Source of the DNA: an uncultured archaeon
GTDB lineage: Archaea > Thermoproteota > Bathyarchaeia > Bathyarchaeales > Bathycorpusculaceae
Direction: 5' to 3'
Assembly (NCBI GenBank): GCA_963810275.1
Contig: CAWENF010000019.1
Span: forward strand, 64,001 to 128,000
Length of the DNA stretch: 64,000 nucleotides
Below are positions 50,069 through 60,879 of the stretch, piece by piece. A program made the translations under genes and the position numbers. How positions within the stretch are numbered: position 1 is the stretch's first letter; every line of letters begins with the position of its first letter. Under the pieces are notes generated by a model. The model was not told the DNA's origin. It did no database searches and saw only the letters and a program-made list of their open reading frames with translations.

Positions 50069-51213
50069 TTATTCGGTGTGAACTCTGTATAAGTCGACGT
50101 CTTCGGCCATGGCGGGTGTCAATTCAAGGAAGTCTCGAACTGAGCGTTTAACGTCTTTGGATTGGGTGAATTATCTGCCAACGATGAGGATATATGCGCC
50201 TTTCTCAAGTGCTTCCTTTGCGGTTTCTGAAACTATGCCGCCTGCAACTGCAATGAGGATTTTATTGTTTGGGAAGGCTTCTCGGATATGTTTTATGCGT
50301 TCTAACCGCTGCTTCTTCCATTTTCTTGGTAGATGCCTCCTGTGTAGGACCACGATGTCCGGCAAATCTTTTAGGGATTTAAGTTTTGCAAGATACTCTT
50401 CTTTAGCATATCGATTACAGCGTAGCTTCCTAAGTGTCTGGCTTCCTGCACGGTTGAGTCTAAGGTTTTTGAGGGAGCTAAGCCTGCTGCTACCACTGCA
50501 TCAGCAGTGTCTTCATATGCTATGTCTGTTTCGATTTTGCCTACGTCAAGTGTTTTGAGGTCTGCGATTATTAATTTGTCTTGGGGCTTTTTTCTTATGT
50601 CGTTTATGACTTTTGTGCATACCCTTTGATAAGTGGAGTTCCGACTTCAAGGACTATTCTATCACTGCCCGGCAACTGCTCAATGGCTTTTAGGGCCGCC
50701 TCAAGGTTTGGTGCATCAAGGGCGATTTGGAGGTACCGTGGACGCTATAGACGTGGAACTTTAAAGTCCATGATTGGGTGCTTCGCGCGATCTTTATTAT
50801 AGTTGATTTTGTCCAGTGACGGGTACTTCTTTATAGCGCGTTGCAGAGCCATTTTTGTCGCTTCGTAGTTGTATTGGTAGCTCTTGCGATAGTCCTCTGC
50901 CTGCGGGTGAATGAACACGCTGCAGATTATGACCCTGTCGTCGACCTTGTCTTGGGGTATGACCCCTTCCTTCTGCGGCGTCAGCTATGGCTTTGGCGAC
51001 TGCGGCTTGGGCTGGACCGAAGATTTTGCCTGTGTCCGCCATATTTTTTAATGTGACCTTGGGCCCTATGAGCCGTGAGGTTTTGGCGGCAGGTTAGGGC
51101 GGATAACAGCCAGCAACGTTGTGTGACCCCTGAGAGGGTGGTTAAGCCATTGGCGAATGCTTGACCAACTGGTCCTATCTTGTCGCCTATCATGAGGTCA
51201 ACATGTGCAACTT
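50069..51213 (-). pseudogene. fae-hps: Bifunctional formaldehyde-activating enzyme / 3-hexulose-6-phosphate synthase, fragmented
   Basis: Fragments across frames: [43 protein letters not shown]...YNY.ATK, YLQIALD, EVGTPLIK, ADLKTLD and IAVAGGI...ILIVGR*; multiple frameshifts and stops, 5' end missing. Confidence 0.9.
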
Positions 51214-51486
51214 ATTTTTTTAGCAGAATTCAGAAATTATTTTATGAGTGTGTTGCGGCTTTCAGGCTTTTTAACGTCTGTTCCTGACATTAGGTTAGTT
51301 TAGGCGGTGTCTGTTTAACATTTCATCTATAAATAAAATCGGAAGAACTATGCTATAACTACTTTCCGATGATTTCATTACTTTAAATTATCGGGGTATT
51401 AGCGTAAGTTAGGCGATGCAGACCCAACCCATATTTTTTGGTTATAAATATTTATATTTCAAGGTCTTCTATTCAAACCTAATTCA

Positions 51487-51714
51487 ATGGGGACCAATAT
51501 GTTTCGCATAGACTGGGTACTGTTAGTTGCCTTCATTGCTGGTTTTCTGCTTTTCCTCTACGGAGCAAACCTAACCATCTGGAGCGGAGCCAATTTTAAC
51601 TCTAGAATGGCAGCAGCTATCGGCTACAGCGGCATCTACCTCGCCATCGGCTCCGTCGCAATATACTTGGTTATCTACGTCTACAAGGAACTCAAACAAC
51701 GACAAATCTTCTAA
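51487..51714 (+). CDS. Small 2-TM membrane protein
   Basis: Two hydrophobic segments and GF..FLYGAN motif. Confidence 0.65.
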   Translation: MGTNMFRIDWVLLVAFIAGFLLFLYGANLTIWSGANFNSRMAAAIGYSGIYLAIGSVAIYLVIYVYKELKQRQIF

Positions 51715-53243
51715 AAGCCGTAAAGGTCGCCGTACTTAATCGACAGATATCTGATAAACGGCGCCGAGTTTAAGCGGCTTCCCGTGACAAGCCGGATGAG
51801 TTCTTCGGGGTTGTAGCGGTTGCCTTTATTGTGTATGCTTTTTTTCAACCACTCATTTACGGCGTTGAGGTTGCCTACTGATAGCTGGCTTTTCCAGTCA
51901 GGCACATCTCTACTGATCGAGTCGTAGAGTTGTCCGTCGTAGATGTTGCCCAACGCGTAGCTGGGGAAGTACCCAAACAACCCGCTTGCCCAATGCGTAT
52001 CCTGCATCACGCCTTCGCTGTCGTTTTGGACCTCCACGCCGAGGTAGTCTTGGTATTTCTGGTTCCACGCCCCTGGGAGCTCGTCGATTTTGATTTTTCC
52101 TGCGAAAAGGTCGCGTTCAAGCTCGAAGCGGATGATTATGTGGATGCTGTAGGTGACTTCGTCGGCTTCGATTCTGATTTTGGAGCGCTCCACACGGTTA
52201 ATTGCCCGTATGAAGTCGTCAAGCGGCAACCCACCCAGGCTGGGCGCCACGGTTTTAACTTGAGGCAGAAAACCCATCCAGAACTCGCGGCTGCGCCCTA
52301 CGATGTTTTCGTAGAAGCGCGATTGCGACTCGTGGATTCCGTAGCTGCAGGTAGCCCCAACAGGCTGATACATCCACTCTTGGTTTAGATTATGCTCGTA
52401 GATAGCGTGCCCCGACTCGTGCAGCACCGAGAAAAGGGAGCTGGCGAAGTTATTGGGGTAGTAGTGGGTGGTGATGCGGACGTCGTTGTAGCAGCCTGTG
52501 GTGAAGGGGTGCTCGGTTTCGTCTACTCGTCCGCAGGCGGCGGGCGATGCTGTGTCGTAACCCAAGGTTAGGGTGATGAGTTGGCTTATGCGGCGTTGCT
52601 CCTCTACTGGCACTGGAGTTGATAGAAGGGCGGCGTCAGGTTGGGTTTGGCAATCCTCGATTTTGGTTATGAGCGGCTTAAGCCCGCCGAGAAGTTCGGT
52701 GAATGTGGCGGTGATGGCGTCTGCGGACATGTTGGGCTCAAAGTTGTCAATTAAGGATTCGTAGGGGGTTTTGGTGCCTTTTGCTTTCATCAAAATCTCC
52801 GCTGCCTCTAGACTTAAATCGAAAAGCTTCTGCAGGTCTGCTTTGTAGAGGTTAAAGTCGCGTTTGGCTTTGGCTTTTTTCCAGTTGTTAACGGTTACGG
52901 CTTCCTGCATCGCCAAGTCGCCTACCAGCCGCTCAGGCAGCGCGATCTGTTCACGATAGGTTTTTGCTATGAGGTGAATGTTGCGTTTCTCGATTTGCCC
53001 CATTGAGTCGTAGTTGGGGCTGGTTTGGATTGTGTTTAGGAGTGCCCCGATTTCGGGGTCTATGGCGAGTTTATGGTGCAGTCGGCTAAGCAGCGCTAGC
53101 TGTTCGCCGCGTTGCTCTATTGCTTTGGGCGGCATCATCGTTTCCATATCCCAGTGGACCACTGCCTCCGCGTTGCCCAGCACCGTGGGGTCTTTGTTTT
53201 TAGCTAAAAGCTGCTTGTAAGATGATTCTACATCGCCGTTCAT
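51711..53243 (-). CDS. Carboxypeptidase M32
   Basis: HPF, DVRITT, HESGH, HESQS, IR..ADE and G..QD.HW. Confidence 0.97.
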   Translation of the reverse strand: MNGDVESSYKQLLAKNKDPTVLGNAEAVVHWDMETMMPPKAIEQRGEQLALLSRLHHKLAIDPEIGALLNTIQTSPNYDSMGQIEKRNIHLIAKTYREQIALPERLVGDLAMQEAVTVNNWKKAKAKRDFNLYKADLQKLFDLSLEAAEILMKAKGTKTPYESLIDNFEPNMSADAITATFTELLGGLKPLITKIEDCQTQPDAALLSTPVPVEEQRRISQLITLTLGYDTASPAACGRVDETEHPFTTGCYNDVRITTHYYPNNFASSLFSVLHESGHAIYEHNLNQEWMYQPVGATCSYGIHESQSRFYENIVGRSREFWMGFLPQVKTVAPSLGGLPLDDFIRAINRVERSKIRIEADEVTYSIHIIIRFELERDLFAGKIKIDELPGAWNQKYQDYLGVEVQNDSEGVMQDTHWASGLFGYFPSYALGNIYDGQLYDSISRDVPDWKSQLSVGNLNAVNEWLKKSIHNKGNRYNPEELIRLVTGSRLNSAPFIRYLSIKYGDLYGF

Positions 53244-53364
53244 ATGTTTCTTCTCATTCCTTTTGGTTCAATGCTGCACCAATTATTAATGTTGAGTAGA
53301 AATCAAGCAAGCGGTGGCTGCAAAAGCTTTTATTCTTATTTATCTGCCTTTTAATTGAGGAATT

Positions 53365-54033
53365 TTGAATTTGAGCTCAAACGTTGACTCAGGCAAGACT
53401 TTAGCGGCAATAGGGTCTTTGATGCTGTTTCTCAGCTTCGTACCTGTACTCGGCATCATAGGCATCATCTTGCTGTTCGTAGGCATGAAAAACCTCTCAG
53501 ACTACTATAAAGACCCAAGCATCTATCAGCAAGCAATTAAGGGCTTAATCTTTGGCATCATCGGCGCGATAGCGGTTTCAGTACTTTCCGTAGTAAGCTT
53601 CGCAGGTATTTTCACAATCGCTACCCCCGCCAGAGCCTTAGCTACAATAGGACCCATCATAATAACCGTCGTAATCCTAATCGTTGCTTTCGCCTTCTAC
53701 CTGTTAATGGCAATTAACTTCCGACGTGCATTCAATATATTGGCGGATAAGTCAGGTGAAAACGGCTTCCGAACCGCAGGCACACTACTTTTCTGGGGTG
53801 CCGTGCTAACCATAATTGCTGTGGGTCTGATTTTGATTTGGATTGCGTGGCTTATCGCTGCCTTAGCTTTCTTCTCCCTAAAACCTGCCCAAACACAACC
53901 GCCACCCTACGCTGTACCCCCCACATCTCCGCCGCCAACACAAGCAACAAGGTACTGCCCTCACTGCGGCGCACCTAACAATGAATCTGGCACCTTCTGC
54001 ACTAACTGCGGACAACAACTTCCCCCATCCTAA
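53365..54033 (+). CDS. DUF996 membrane protein with C-terminal zinc ribbon
   Basis: TM helices, F.TAG.L.FWGA.L motif and CPHCG...FCTNCG. Confidence 0.88.
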   Translation: MNLSSNVDSGKTLAAIGSLMLFLSFVPVLGIIGIILLFVGMKNLSDYYKDPSIYQQAIKGLIFGIIGAIAVSVLSVVSFAGIFTIATPARALATIGPIIITVVILIVAFAFYLLMAINFRRAFNILADKSGENGFRTAGTLLFWGAVLTIIAVGLILIWIAWLIAALAFFSLKPAQTQPPPYAVPPTSPPPTQATRYCPHCGAPNNESGTFCTNCGQQLPPS

Positions 54034-54199
54034 ACCCCTCTTTTCCTTTTTTGTTACTACCGCAATGCAACAGCCTATTTTTAGGAATTGAAAATACACA
54101 GTAAAGTTGGGTACGTTTAAGATGAATTGTTTCTTTTCTTTCCCAATTCTGGCTTCTCTCCCTAAAGCGCTGCATGTCCATGAAGAGCCTTCAGGCAAG

Positions 54200-54337
54200 A
54201 TGCCGCCAAGCATGTTTGTATGTGACACCTGCGGCAAAACCTTCAAGACCCATAGTGAACTGGATCGGCATAAAGAGCACATGCATGGGCATCCAGAAAA
54301 AACCCATACAAAACCTAACCAATCACATAATGTCTAA
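54200..54337 (+). CDS. Small C2H2 zinc-finger protein
   Basis: FVCDTCGKTFKTHSELDRHKEHMH. Confidence 0.75.
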   Translation: MPPSMFVCDTCGKTFKTHSELDRHKEHMHGHPEKTHTKPNQSHNV

Positions 54338-54350
54338 AATTGAGTTGTAG

Positions 54351-54425
54351 TGCTCCGGCCGGGATTCGGACCCGGGTCGCCGACTCGAAAGGCCGGCATA
54401 CTTGACCGGACTATACTACCGGAGC
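54351..54425 (-). tRNA. tRNA-Glu(TTC), no intron, CCA not encoded
   Basis: Reverse complement GCTCCGGTAGTATAGTCCGGTCAAGTATGCCGGCCTTTCGAGTCGGCGACCCGGGTCCGAATCCCGGCCGGAGCA forms a cloverleaf with anticodon TTC. Confidence 0.95.
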
Positions 54426-54465
54426 TTGCAATAGCCGGAAAGCACAAGCAACATACAATTTCCTA

Positions 54466-55023
54466 TCAATAAACCTTACCCTTCCTTGGGGACGTTTTTT
54501 TGCTCTTCGGCTTATTTGCTTTGGCCCTTTTTGGGGTAAATAAATGCGCGGTTATTCGGTCCACTAGCGATTTCTGCTCTGTCAAGGTTTCCTCCAAGTT
54601 TTGGATCCGTTTCTCAAGATCACCCGAGAGAATTCTGCCTTCAATGCGGTTGGCACTTCGGAACATAAGCATCATCTTGAAAACTTCGCTGACCGCCTCA
54701 TCCTGCTCCTTCGCCGACGCTGCTTTTATGCCTGCCACAACCATAAGCAAATTCACGTAGTGCTCCTTGATTTTCAACTCGGCGCTAACAGAGGGATCTT
54801 TTGGGAAAGAAATCATCAATGGCATCTGCTTGGAAAGCTCAGTGGCGGTGGGGAACCGAATGATTATGTCGCCCCGGATCCATGACGACACGAATTCGGA
54901 GACGAAGCGGCGGATTTCCTCTTTGCCGTACAGCGGCGCTGCCAATTCGGATTCGTCGGGTTTGCGTTTGATTCTTACACTGATTATATTTTTGTCTTCG
55001 GCATTGTCGTTTGGGCTTGACAT
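54466..55023 (-). CDS. Hypothetical protein with coiled coil and basic tail
   Basis: 185-aa ATG ORF co-oriented with its neighbours; no family recognised. Confidence 0.65.
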   Translation of the reverse strand: MSSPNDNAEDKNIISVRIKRKPDESELAAPLYGKEEIRRFVSEFVSSWIRGDIIIRFPTATELSKQMPLMISFPKDPSVSAELKIKEHYVNLLMVVAGIKAASAKEQDEAVSEVFKMMLMFRSANRIEGRILSGDLEKRIQNLEETLTEQKSLVDRITAHLFTPKRAKANKPKSKKTSPRKGKVY

Positions 55024-55100
55024 TTCTTTGATTCCAGCTTTTGACTGCTCTCTAATCCCCTCTAAGCAATCACTAGTATTTAAAACGAGACATCGTTAAA

Positions 55101-56381
55101 CTAAAAAGAGATTTTCGCAGCGGACGGAATTTTGCCCAGCACTTTTAGGGTGGCTTTCTCCACTTTGGTGCGCTCCTCCGATTCCGTGTAAACGCGAAGT
55201 ATGTTCATGAAGCCTTTGAGGGTTTCAAAAATCTTTGAACTCTCGCTGAGCCGCTGCAACTTCTTTTCACCTGCGGGGTTTTTAGTAAAAACGGGGATTT
55301 CAGTTGACTCGAACAAGACAGCGTGATGGTAAGGCACCGAGGGCACCGTAGGCACGTCAATGACGACTTTCTCCATATCGACACCTGCCTCCTTAGCAAT
55401 TTCGCTTCTGATCTGGTTACGGTATGATTCCTGCCCAAACAAGTTGCTTATCATCGCATCTTTCTCATAGAATGTGCGTTCGTAGGCGCATTTGAGCATG
55501 CGGCGGTTCTCGAGGTTACTGATGATTATGTTTGAGGCTTTGCATTTTTTTAGTGCCGCCCAGACAGTATAGTCGTCAAGCGCCATGTACTCTTCAGGGG
55601 TTTTAAAAGAGGTTAAGCCTAACTCCTCGTTGGCTTTGTCCATAGCTGAGGATAGCATGATTTGGGCTGCGCGACCGACACGATGGAAGTATATGCTTTT
55701 GAAGGATTCAATGCGGGCTATAACAAATGCCTCCAACGCGGATAGCGCGCCGAGTTCGACAGCTAAGTTTTCCCCGAGAAGGTCAAGCGCGTGGATGAGA
55801 CGGTAAACGTCTATGAAGCCGTACTCTGCACCTGTATGATACGTGTCACGCACAATGAAGTCCTGTTTGTCCACGTCGACGGCGCTACTGATGATTTGGT
55901 CAAGGAATGCTCTGTTTTGTTTGTGGAGTCTGCCGACAGCTAAGGCGCCTACCTCTTTTGGGTTGTATCCCATTTTGTTTAGTTTTTCAGCGACTTCGCT
56001 TTTCTCAATAATCCAAGACGTGATGTCCTCATGCGTTTTGTTTAAGTCTTTGAGTAATAGGTGCTCAAATACGTGACTAAATGGGCCGTGTCCGCAGTCA
56101 TGCAAAAGTGCGGAAAGGCGGCACATGTCCACTTCCTCGTAGTTTGCTACCTCAGATATGTTGGGATTAACCAGAACTTGTCCAGCCAAAAACATCACAC
56201 CTAGACAGTGCTCAAAGCGGGTGTGGTTAGCGCCCGGATAAACGTACTCGCTGCCTGCAAGCTGCCGAAGTCTGCGTAGGCGCTGCATGGGGTAGCTGTC
56301 GATTATTGCTTTCTCTTGCTGAGTGATGTATACGTAACCGTGGACGGGGTCTTTGATTTCTCCCCAGTAAGTTTTTGGCAT
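55101..56381 (-). CDS. HD-superfamily phosphohydrolase (SAMHD1/dNTPase-like)
   Basis: IKDPVHG, QRLRRLRQL, HTRFEH, LLHD.GHGPFSH and D.DK.D. Confidence 0.92.
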   Translation of the reverse strand: MPKTYWGEIKDPVHGYVYITQQEKAIIDSYPMQRLRRLRQLAGSEYVYPGANHTRFEHCLGVMFLAGQVLVNPNISEVANYEEVDMCRLSALLHDCGHGPFSHVFEHLLLKDLNKTHEDITSWIIEKSEVAEKLNKMGYNPKEVGALAVGRLHKQNRAFLDQIISSAVDVDKQDFIVRDTYHTGAEYGFIDVYRLIHALDLLGENLAVELGALSALEAFVIARIESFKSIYFHRVGRAAQIMLSSAMDKANEELGLTSFKTPEEYMALDDYTVWAALKKCKASNIIISNLENRRMLKCAYERTFYEKDAMISNLFGQESYRNQIRSEIAKEAGVDMEKVVIDVPTVPSVPYHHAVLFESTEIPVFTKNPAGEKKLQRLSESSKIFETLKGFMNILRVYTESEERTKVEKATLKVLGKIPSAAKISF

Positions 56382-56465
56382 AAACAGGGTCGCCTTGGTT
56401 TGTAGGTTATTATTTATGTAACTCCCTATAATGTGTAACGCTGACTAAAACAGGCGGAAGATTAT

Positions 56466-57077
56466 TTGACTAAAAAAGGCGTATTCATAGTTATTGAGGG
56501 ATTGGACGGCAGTGGCAAGACCACCCAAGCCAGACTGCTGGCGGAGAAACTCTCTAAAACCTACCGAGTGCATCTTACATCGGAACCCAGTGGAGGCAAA
56601 ATCGGTACTTTCATTCGCGATGGACTCCTCTACGAGCAGGTGCGGCTTCCAGTCGAAGCCGAAGCGCTTCTATTTGCAGCCGATCGCATCGAGCACATGT
56701 ACAGCGAAATCAAACCCGCACTTGACGAGGGCAAACTGGTCATCTGTGACCGCTATGTGTACTCCACCCTCGCTTACCAAGGCAGCGCCGGCTTGAGTCT
56801 GGATTGGATTAAAACCACCAATGCACGAGCTCTGCAACCTGATTTCGCAATATTCATAGACGTGCCCCCCAAGAAGGTGCTGGAGCGGCTTCAACGCAAA
56901 AAATCCGTTATGGAAACACTTGAAACTCAACAGAAAGTGCGGGACGTCTACCTTAAGTTTGTGAAAAAGACCGAGCTTATTTCCGTAGACGGCGACAAAG
57001 AGACGTTTGTGGTTGCTGATGAGTTGTATGAGATGGTGGCTGCATTGCTTAAGCCTGTTGAGGCATACTTGCAGTAG
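56466..57077 (+). CDS. tmk: Thymidylate kinase
   Basis: EGLDGSGKTT, LLFAADR and CDRY..S..AYQ. Confidence 0.96.
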   Translation: MTKKGVFIVIEGLDGSGKTTQARLLAEKLSKTYRVHLTSEPSGGKIGTFIRDGLLYEQVRLPVEAEALLFAADRIEHMYSEIKPALDEGKLVICDRYVYSTLAYQGSAGLSLDWIKTTNARALQPDFAIFIDVPPKKVLERLQRKKSVMETLETQQKVRDVYLKFVKKTELISVDGDKETFVVADELYEMVAALLKPVEAYLQ

Positions 57078-57465
57078 CGCAAAGTAGCCATCTGCAATTG
57101 TTGGGCAAAAAATGTTTAACCAAACTTATGCAGTGAGGTTTATAGTTTTTCAGTTAAAAAATAGCGTTGCTCTCTGTTTCTAATCTTACATGTGTCGGAG
57201 TTTATATAAGTAGTCTCAGGGAGAGTCACGGAAGCCGATAACAATCTGGTCCCAAAGAACCCGCCAAGTTTATGTTCTAGCTTGATGCCTTTCTGTGCTG
57301 AAGCCAATGATGCATGAAGAGCCGTCTGAATTGTGAAGAATGCTAAATGGGGAATTATATTTACTGAGGCTTCAAAGAAAAACTTAAAGAACTCCCAACC
57401 TATGCGGACTTTAGTTGTGTAATCTTTATTTGACTGAACAATAAACTGTATGACTGGAGACACAG

Positions 57466-58815
57466 ATGTCACTAGACAAGTTAAGCAATTCACTAACCGA
57501 CGCCATAAAGAAGCTGTTCAAGGCAGGTGTAGTGGACGAAAGGGCAGTGAAGGAATTGGTCCGCGACATCCAGCGGGCGCTGCTTCAATCCGACGTGAAC
57601 GTGCAACTTGTCTTGCAAATTAGCAAAAGCATCGAGGAACGAGCCCTAAAAGAAAAAGTACCACCCGGGGTTTCTAGACGCGAACATGTTATAAAAGTCG
57701 TTTACGAGGAACTCACGCGCTTCATCGGCGACAAACCAGTTACGCTAAAAGTTGAACCGGGTAAAAAGAAAACCATTATGCTTGTAGGTATTCAGGGCTC
57801 GGGTAAAACCACACACGCTGCTAAACTTTCAAAGTACTTCCAAAAACGCGGCATAAAAGTCGGCTTAATAGCCGCCGACACCTTCCGTCCAGGGGCATAT
57901 GCACAACTCCAGCAGTTGGCAACACGCATTAACGTTCCAGTTTTTGGTGATTCTAAAGCCAAAGACCCCGTTAAGGTGGCTAAGGAAGGCTTCAAACACT
58001 TTCAGGATCGCGATCTTATACTCGTCGATACAGCAGGTCGACATAAGGAAGAAAAAGACCTCATCAAAGAGATGAAGGCCATCGAGAAGGGTATTCACCC
58101 TGACGAAATTATCCTGGTCATAGACGGCACCATTGGGCAGCAGGCGTCGGCTCAGGCTAAAACTTTCCATGAAGCAACACCCATCGGGGCTATCATAGTC
58201 ACAAAACTCGACGGTTCAAGCCGTGGAGGCGGAGCACTATCCGCAGTCGCAGCAACAGGTGCACCCATCAAGTTCATAGGAACTGGCGAAAAAATCGAGG
58301 ATCTGGAAGCCTTCATACCCAGCCGATTCGTCGGTAGACTCCTTGGTATGGGCGACTTGGAAACTCTGTTGGAGAAAGTTCACGACGCAGAAATCAAGGT
58401 ACCACAGAAAAAGGCAAAAGAGATTCTTAGCGGTCACTTTACTTTAACCGACATGTATGAGCAGTTCGCTGCAGTCAAAAACATGGGTCCATTCAGCAAG
58501 GTCATGAAGATGCTGCCTGGTATGTCTGGGTCAAACATCCCCGATGACATGTTAAGTACCGCCGAAGGGCGACTTGACACATGGCAAGTCATCATCCAGT
58601 CAATGACGCCTGCTGAGAAAGAGAACCCCAAACTCCTCAACTCTTCTCGAGCACGGCGCATTGCTCGGGGCAGCGGTACCAGCGAAAAAGAAGTAAAAGA
58701 GCTTGTTAAGCAGTACTTCAACATGAAGAAGATGCTCAAGATGTTTAAGCGTAAAAAGAAGCTGCCTTTCGGGTTAGGTGGCAAAGGCGGCATGCCTATG
58801 GGTATGGGAATGTAG
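57466..58815 (+). CDS. srp54: Signal recognition particle protein SRP54
   Basis: GIQGSGKTT, DTAGRH, TKLDG and M-domain R.RRIARGSG. Confidence 0.98.
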   Translation: MSLDKLSNSLTDAIKKLFKAGVVDERAVKELVRDIQRALLQSDVNVQLVLQISKSIEERALKEKVPPGVSRREHVIKVVYEELTRFIGDKPVTLKVEPGKKKTIMLVGIQGSGKTTHAAKLSKYFQKRGIKVGLIAADTFRPGAYAQLQQLATRINVPVFGDSKAKDPVKVAKEGFKHFQDRDLILVDTAGRHKEEKDLIKEMKAIEKGIHPDEIILVIDGTIGQQASAQAKTFHEATPIGAIIVTKLDGSSRGGGALSAVAATGAPIKFIGTGEKIEDLEAFIPSRFVGRLLGMGDLETLLEKVHDAEIKVPQKKAKEILSGHFTLTDMYEQFAAVKNMGPFSKVMKMLPGMSGSNIPDDMLSTAEGRLDTWQVIIQSMTPAEKENPKLLNSSRARRIARGSGTSEKEVKELVKQYFNMKKMLKMFKRKKKLPFGLGGKGGMPMGMGM

Positions 58816-58828
58816 TGGGGTTAGTGCG

Positions 58829-60157
58829 ATGGATGTTTTAGAAAAAGCTTACGAGTTACTTAGTAGATACCCGCTTTGTGACCATTGTTTGGGTAGGCAG
58901 TTTGCGCTGTTGGGTTATGGAATGGAAAACAACTTTCGCGGCAACTCGTTGAAGGTTAGTTTAACGTTGCAAGCTAACAGTTTAACGTCTGAGGATGAGG
59001 CTACAAGTACCAACCGACTCACGGTGTTGGCGACAAACGGTTTTTGCTTGACGGCGCAGAAGACGCTTGAGCACCTTAAAAAAAATGTTGCAAACCCCAG
59101 CTCAGACTTGAAGTGCTATTTGTGTGAAGAGAAATTCAAGCTTGTGGAAGACTTAACCAAAAAAACAATTGACGCTTTGAGCGAATACGAATTTAAAACT
59201 TTCCTAGTCGGTATCGAACTCCCTATATCAGTTGAGGAGCGGGAGGACGAATTCAAAGCTACCCAAGGTATCGTGTACGGTGAGAGTATGCGTCACGAAT
59301 TCGGTAGACTCTTTGGAAAAGCCCTCGCCAAAACCACAGGCAAAGAAGCAGAATACCTTATTCCAGAAGTAGTCCCAGTCATAGATCCCTTTTCCGAATC
59401 CGTGAGGCTCCAAATCAACCCTACCTTCGTAGGCGGTAGATACCGCAAACTGGTCCGAGATGTCCCTCAGTCAGAGTGGTGGTGCCGCAGTTGCCACGGC
59501 AAAGGATGCCAAAAATGTGGTGGCACAGGCAAAATGTACCCTGAGTCGGTTGAGGCTTACACTTCTCGGGCGCTTTTGGAAGCAACCGGCGGGGCGGGAT
59601 CGTTTTTCCATGCTGCTGGTAGAGAAGACATTGATGCTCGAATGCTCGGGGCTGGTAGACCTTACATTATAGAGATTTCGCAGCCGAAGCGGCGTTCAGT
59701 GAACCTTAAAGAAATTGAAGCGGCGGTTAACGCTGGTGCTATAGGCAAAGTAGAAGCTTCAGGATTGCATTTCGCTACCAAGGATGATGTGCGGCACCTT
59801 AAGCATGGCGAGAACGCCCAGAAAGAGTATCGTTTACTGGCAGAGTTTCAAAATGACTTGACTGGGGAGGGACTGCGATTGTTGGAAGAAAAGTTGACTG
59901 GCGCACTAATTAAGCAGCAGACGCCTCTTCGTGTTGTGCATCGCCGGGCCAACATTGTTCGGGAAAGGTACATATATAAGCTTGAAGTTAAGAAGGTGAC
60001 GCTTAAGAAAGCCATCCTCTATATCAAATGTCAGGGTGGGCTTTACGTTAAAGAATTGGTGTCTGGAGATGAAGGACGTACAGTACCCAACGTGTCGGCT
60101 TTGCTTGGTAACCCAGCGAAGACGCTTAAGCTTGACGTTCTCAACATAATAATGTAA
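58829..60157 (+). CDS. pus10: tRNA pseudouridine(54/55) synthase Pus10
   Basis: LCDHCLGR, GRYRKL.R..PQ, GREDIDARMLG and GLYVKEL.SGD.GRT. Confidence 0.95.
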   Translation: MDVLEKAYELLSRYPLCDHCLGRQFALLGYGMENNFRGNSLKVSLTLQANSLTSEDEATSTNRLTVLATNGFCLTAQKTLEHLKKNVANPSSDLKCYLCEEKFKLVEDLTKKTIDALSEYEFKTFLVGIELPISVEEREDEFKATQGIVYGESMRHEFGRLFGKALAKTTGKEAEYLIPEVVPVIDPFSESVRLQINPTFVGGRYRKLVRDVPQSEWWCRSCHGKGCQKCGGTGKMYPESVEAYTSRALLEATGGAGSFFHAAGREDIDARMLGAGRPYIIEISQPKRRSVNLKEIEAAVNAGAIGKVEASGLHFATKDDVRHLKHGENAQKEYRLLAEFQNDLTGEGLRLLEEKLTGALIKQQTPLRVVHRRANIVRERYIYKLEVKKVTLKKAILYIKCQGGLYVKELVSGDEGRTVPNVSALLGNPAKTLKLDVLNIIM

Positions 60158-60173
60158 TACAGGTGAAATATGG

Positions 60174-60470
60174 ATGAGAGGTTCAAACGGCTATTACTCT
60201 GGTACACGCAGTCTTCTGCGCAAGCCAACTCGTGAAAAGGGAAAACCCAAAATCAGCAAGTTACTTCACGAATACGCACCCAACGACCAGGTAATCATAA
60301 AGATGGATTCTAGCACACAGAAGAGTATGCCTCACAAACGGTTCCACGGCAAAATAGGCTGCATAATCGAGAAACGCGGCAGAGGCTACGTTGTCAGTGT
60401 GCCACAAGGCGATATGAGAAAAACCATAATTGTCCGCTCTGAACATCTAGAGCCTTACACTGGAACTTAG
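60174..60470 (+). CDS. rpl21e: 50S ribosomal protein L21e
   Basis: MPHKRFHGK.G and EHL. Confidence 0.96.
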   Translation: MRGSNGYYSGTRSLLRKPTREKGKPKISKLLHEYAPNDQVIIKMDSSTQKSMPHKRFHGKIGCIIEKRGRGYVVSVPQGDMRKTIIVRSEHLEPYTGT

Positions 60471-60481
60471 GTGGAGACAAG

Positions 60482-60820
60482 ATGAGCAAGAGAGAAGTAA
60501 GCGAAAGCCGCCTAACATTGCCGCAAGTCAAAAAGGTACTGGAAAGCATAGGGGAAGAAAACCTTGACCAGTTCCAGCGCCGCACTCTTGATTATGTCAG
60601 CAAATTCAGTAAGGTAGAGCCGGAAGTAGCTGAAGAGCTCTTGCAGAAACTTGTCAAAGACTTTGAGCTTGACGAGGCAGAGGCAGTTCAAATCATAAAC
60701 TGCATGCCTGAAACAGTGGATGAGCTGCGGGTTTTTCTTGCGGGGGGACGCAAAATCATCGAAACCCAGAAACTCAGCCAAATTGTGGAGCTCTTAAACG
60801 AAAATAGGCTGCTTAAGTAA
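60482..60820 (+). CDS. rpoF: RNA polymerase subunit Rpo4 (F)
   Basis: TLDY..KFSK and AVQIIN.MP.TVDELR; conserved operon position. Confidence 0.93.
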   Translation: MSKREVSESRLTLPQVKKVLESIGEENLDQFQRRTLDYVSKFSKVEPEVAEELLQKLVKDFELDEAEAVQIINCMPETVDELRVFLAGGRKIIETQKLSQIVELLNENRLLK

Positions 60821-60879
60821 CCCTTAAGTGGCTAAGTATTTTTAAGCAGAACAAGAGAATACTCTAGAAGGCACAAGAG

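Noticed and set aside
57140-57493. 117-aa minus-strand ORF between tmk and srp54
   Set aside because: It overlaps the srp54 start, opposes the operon direction and has no recognisable motifs.
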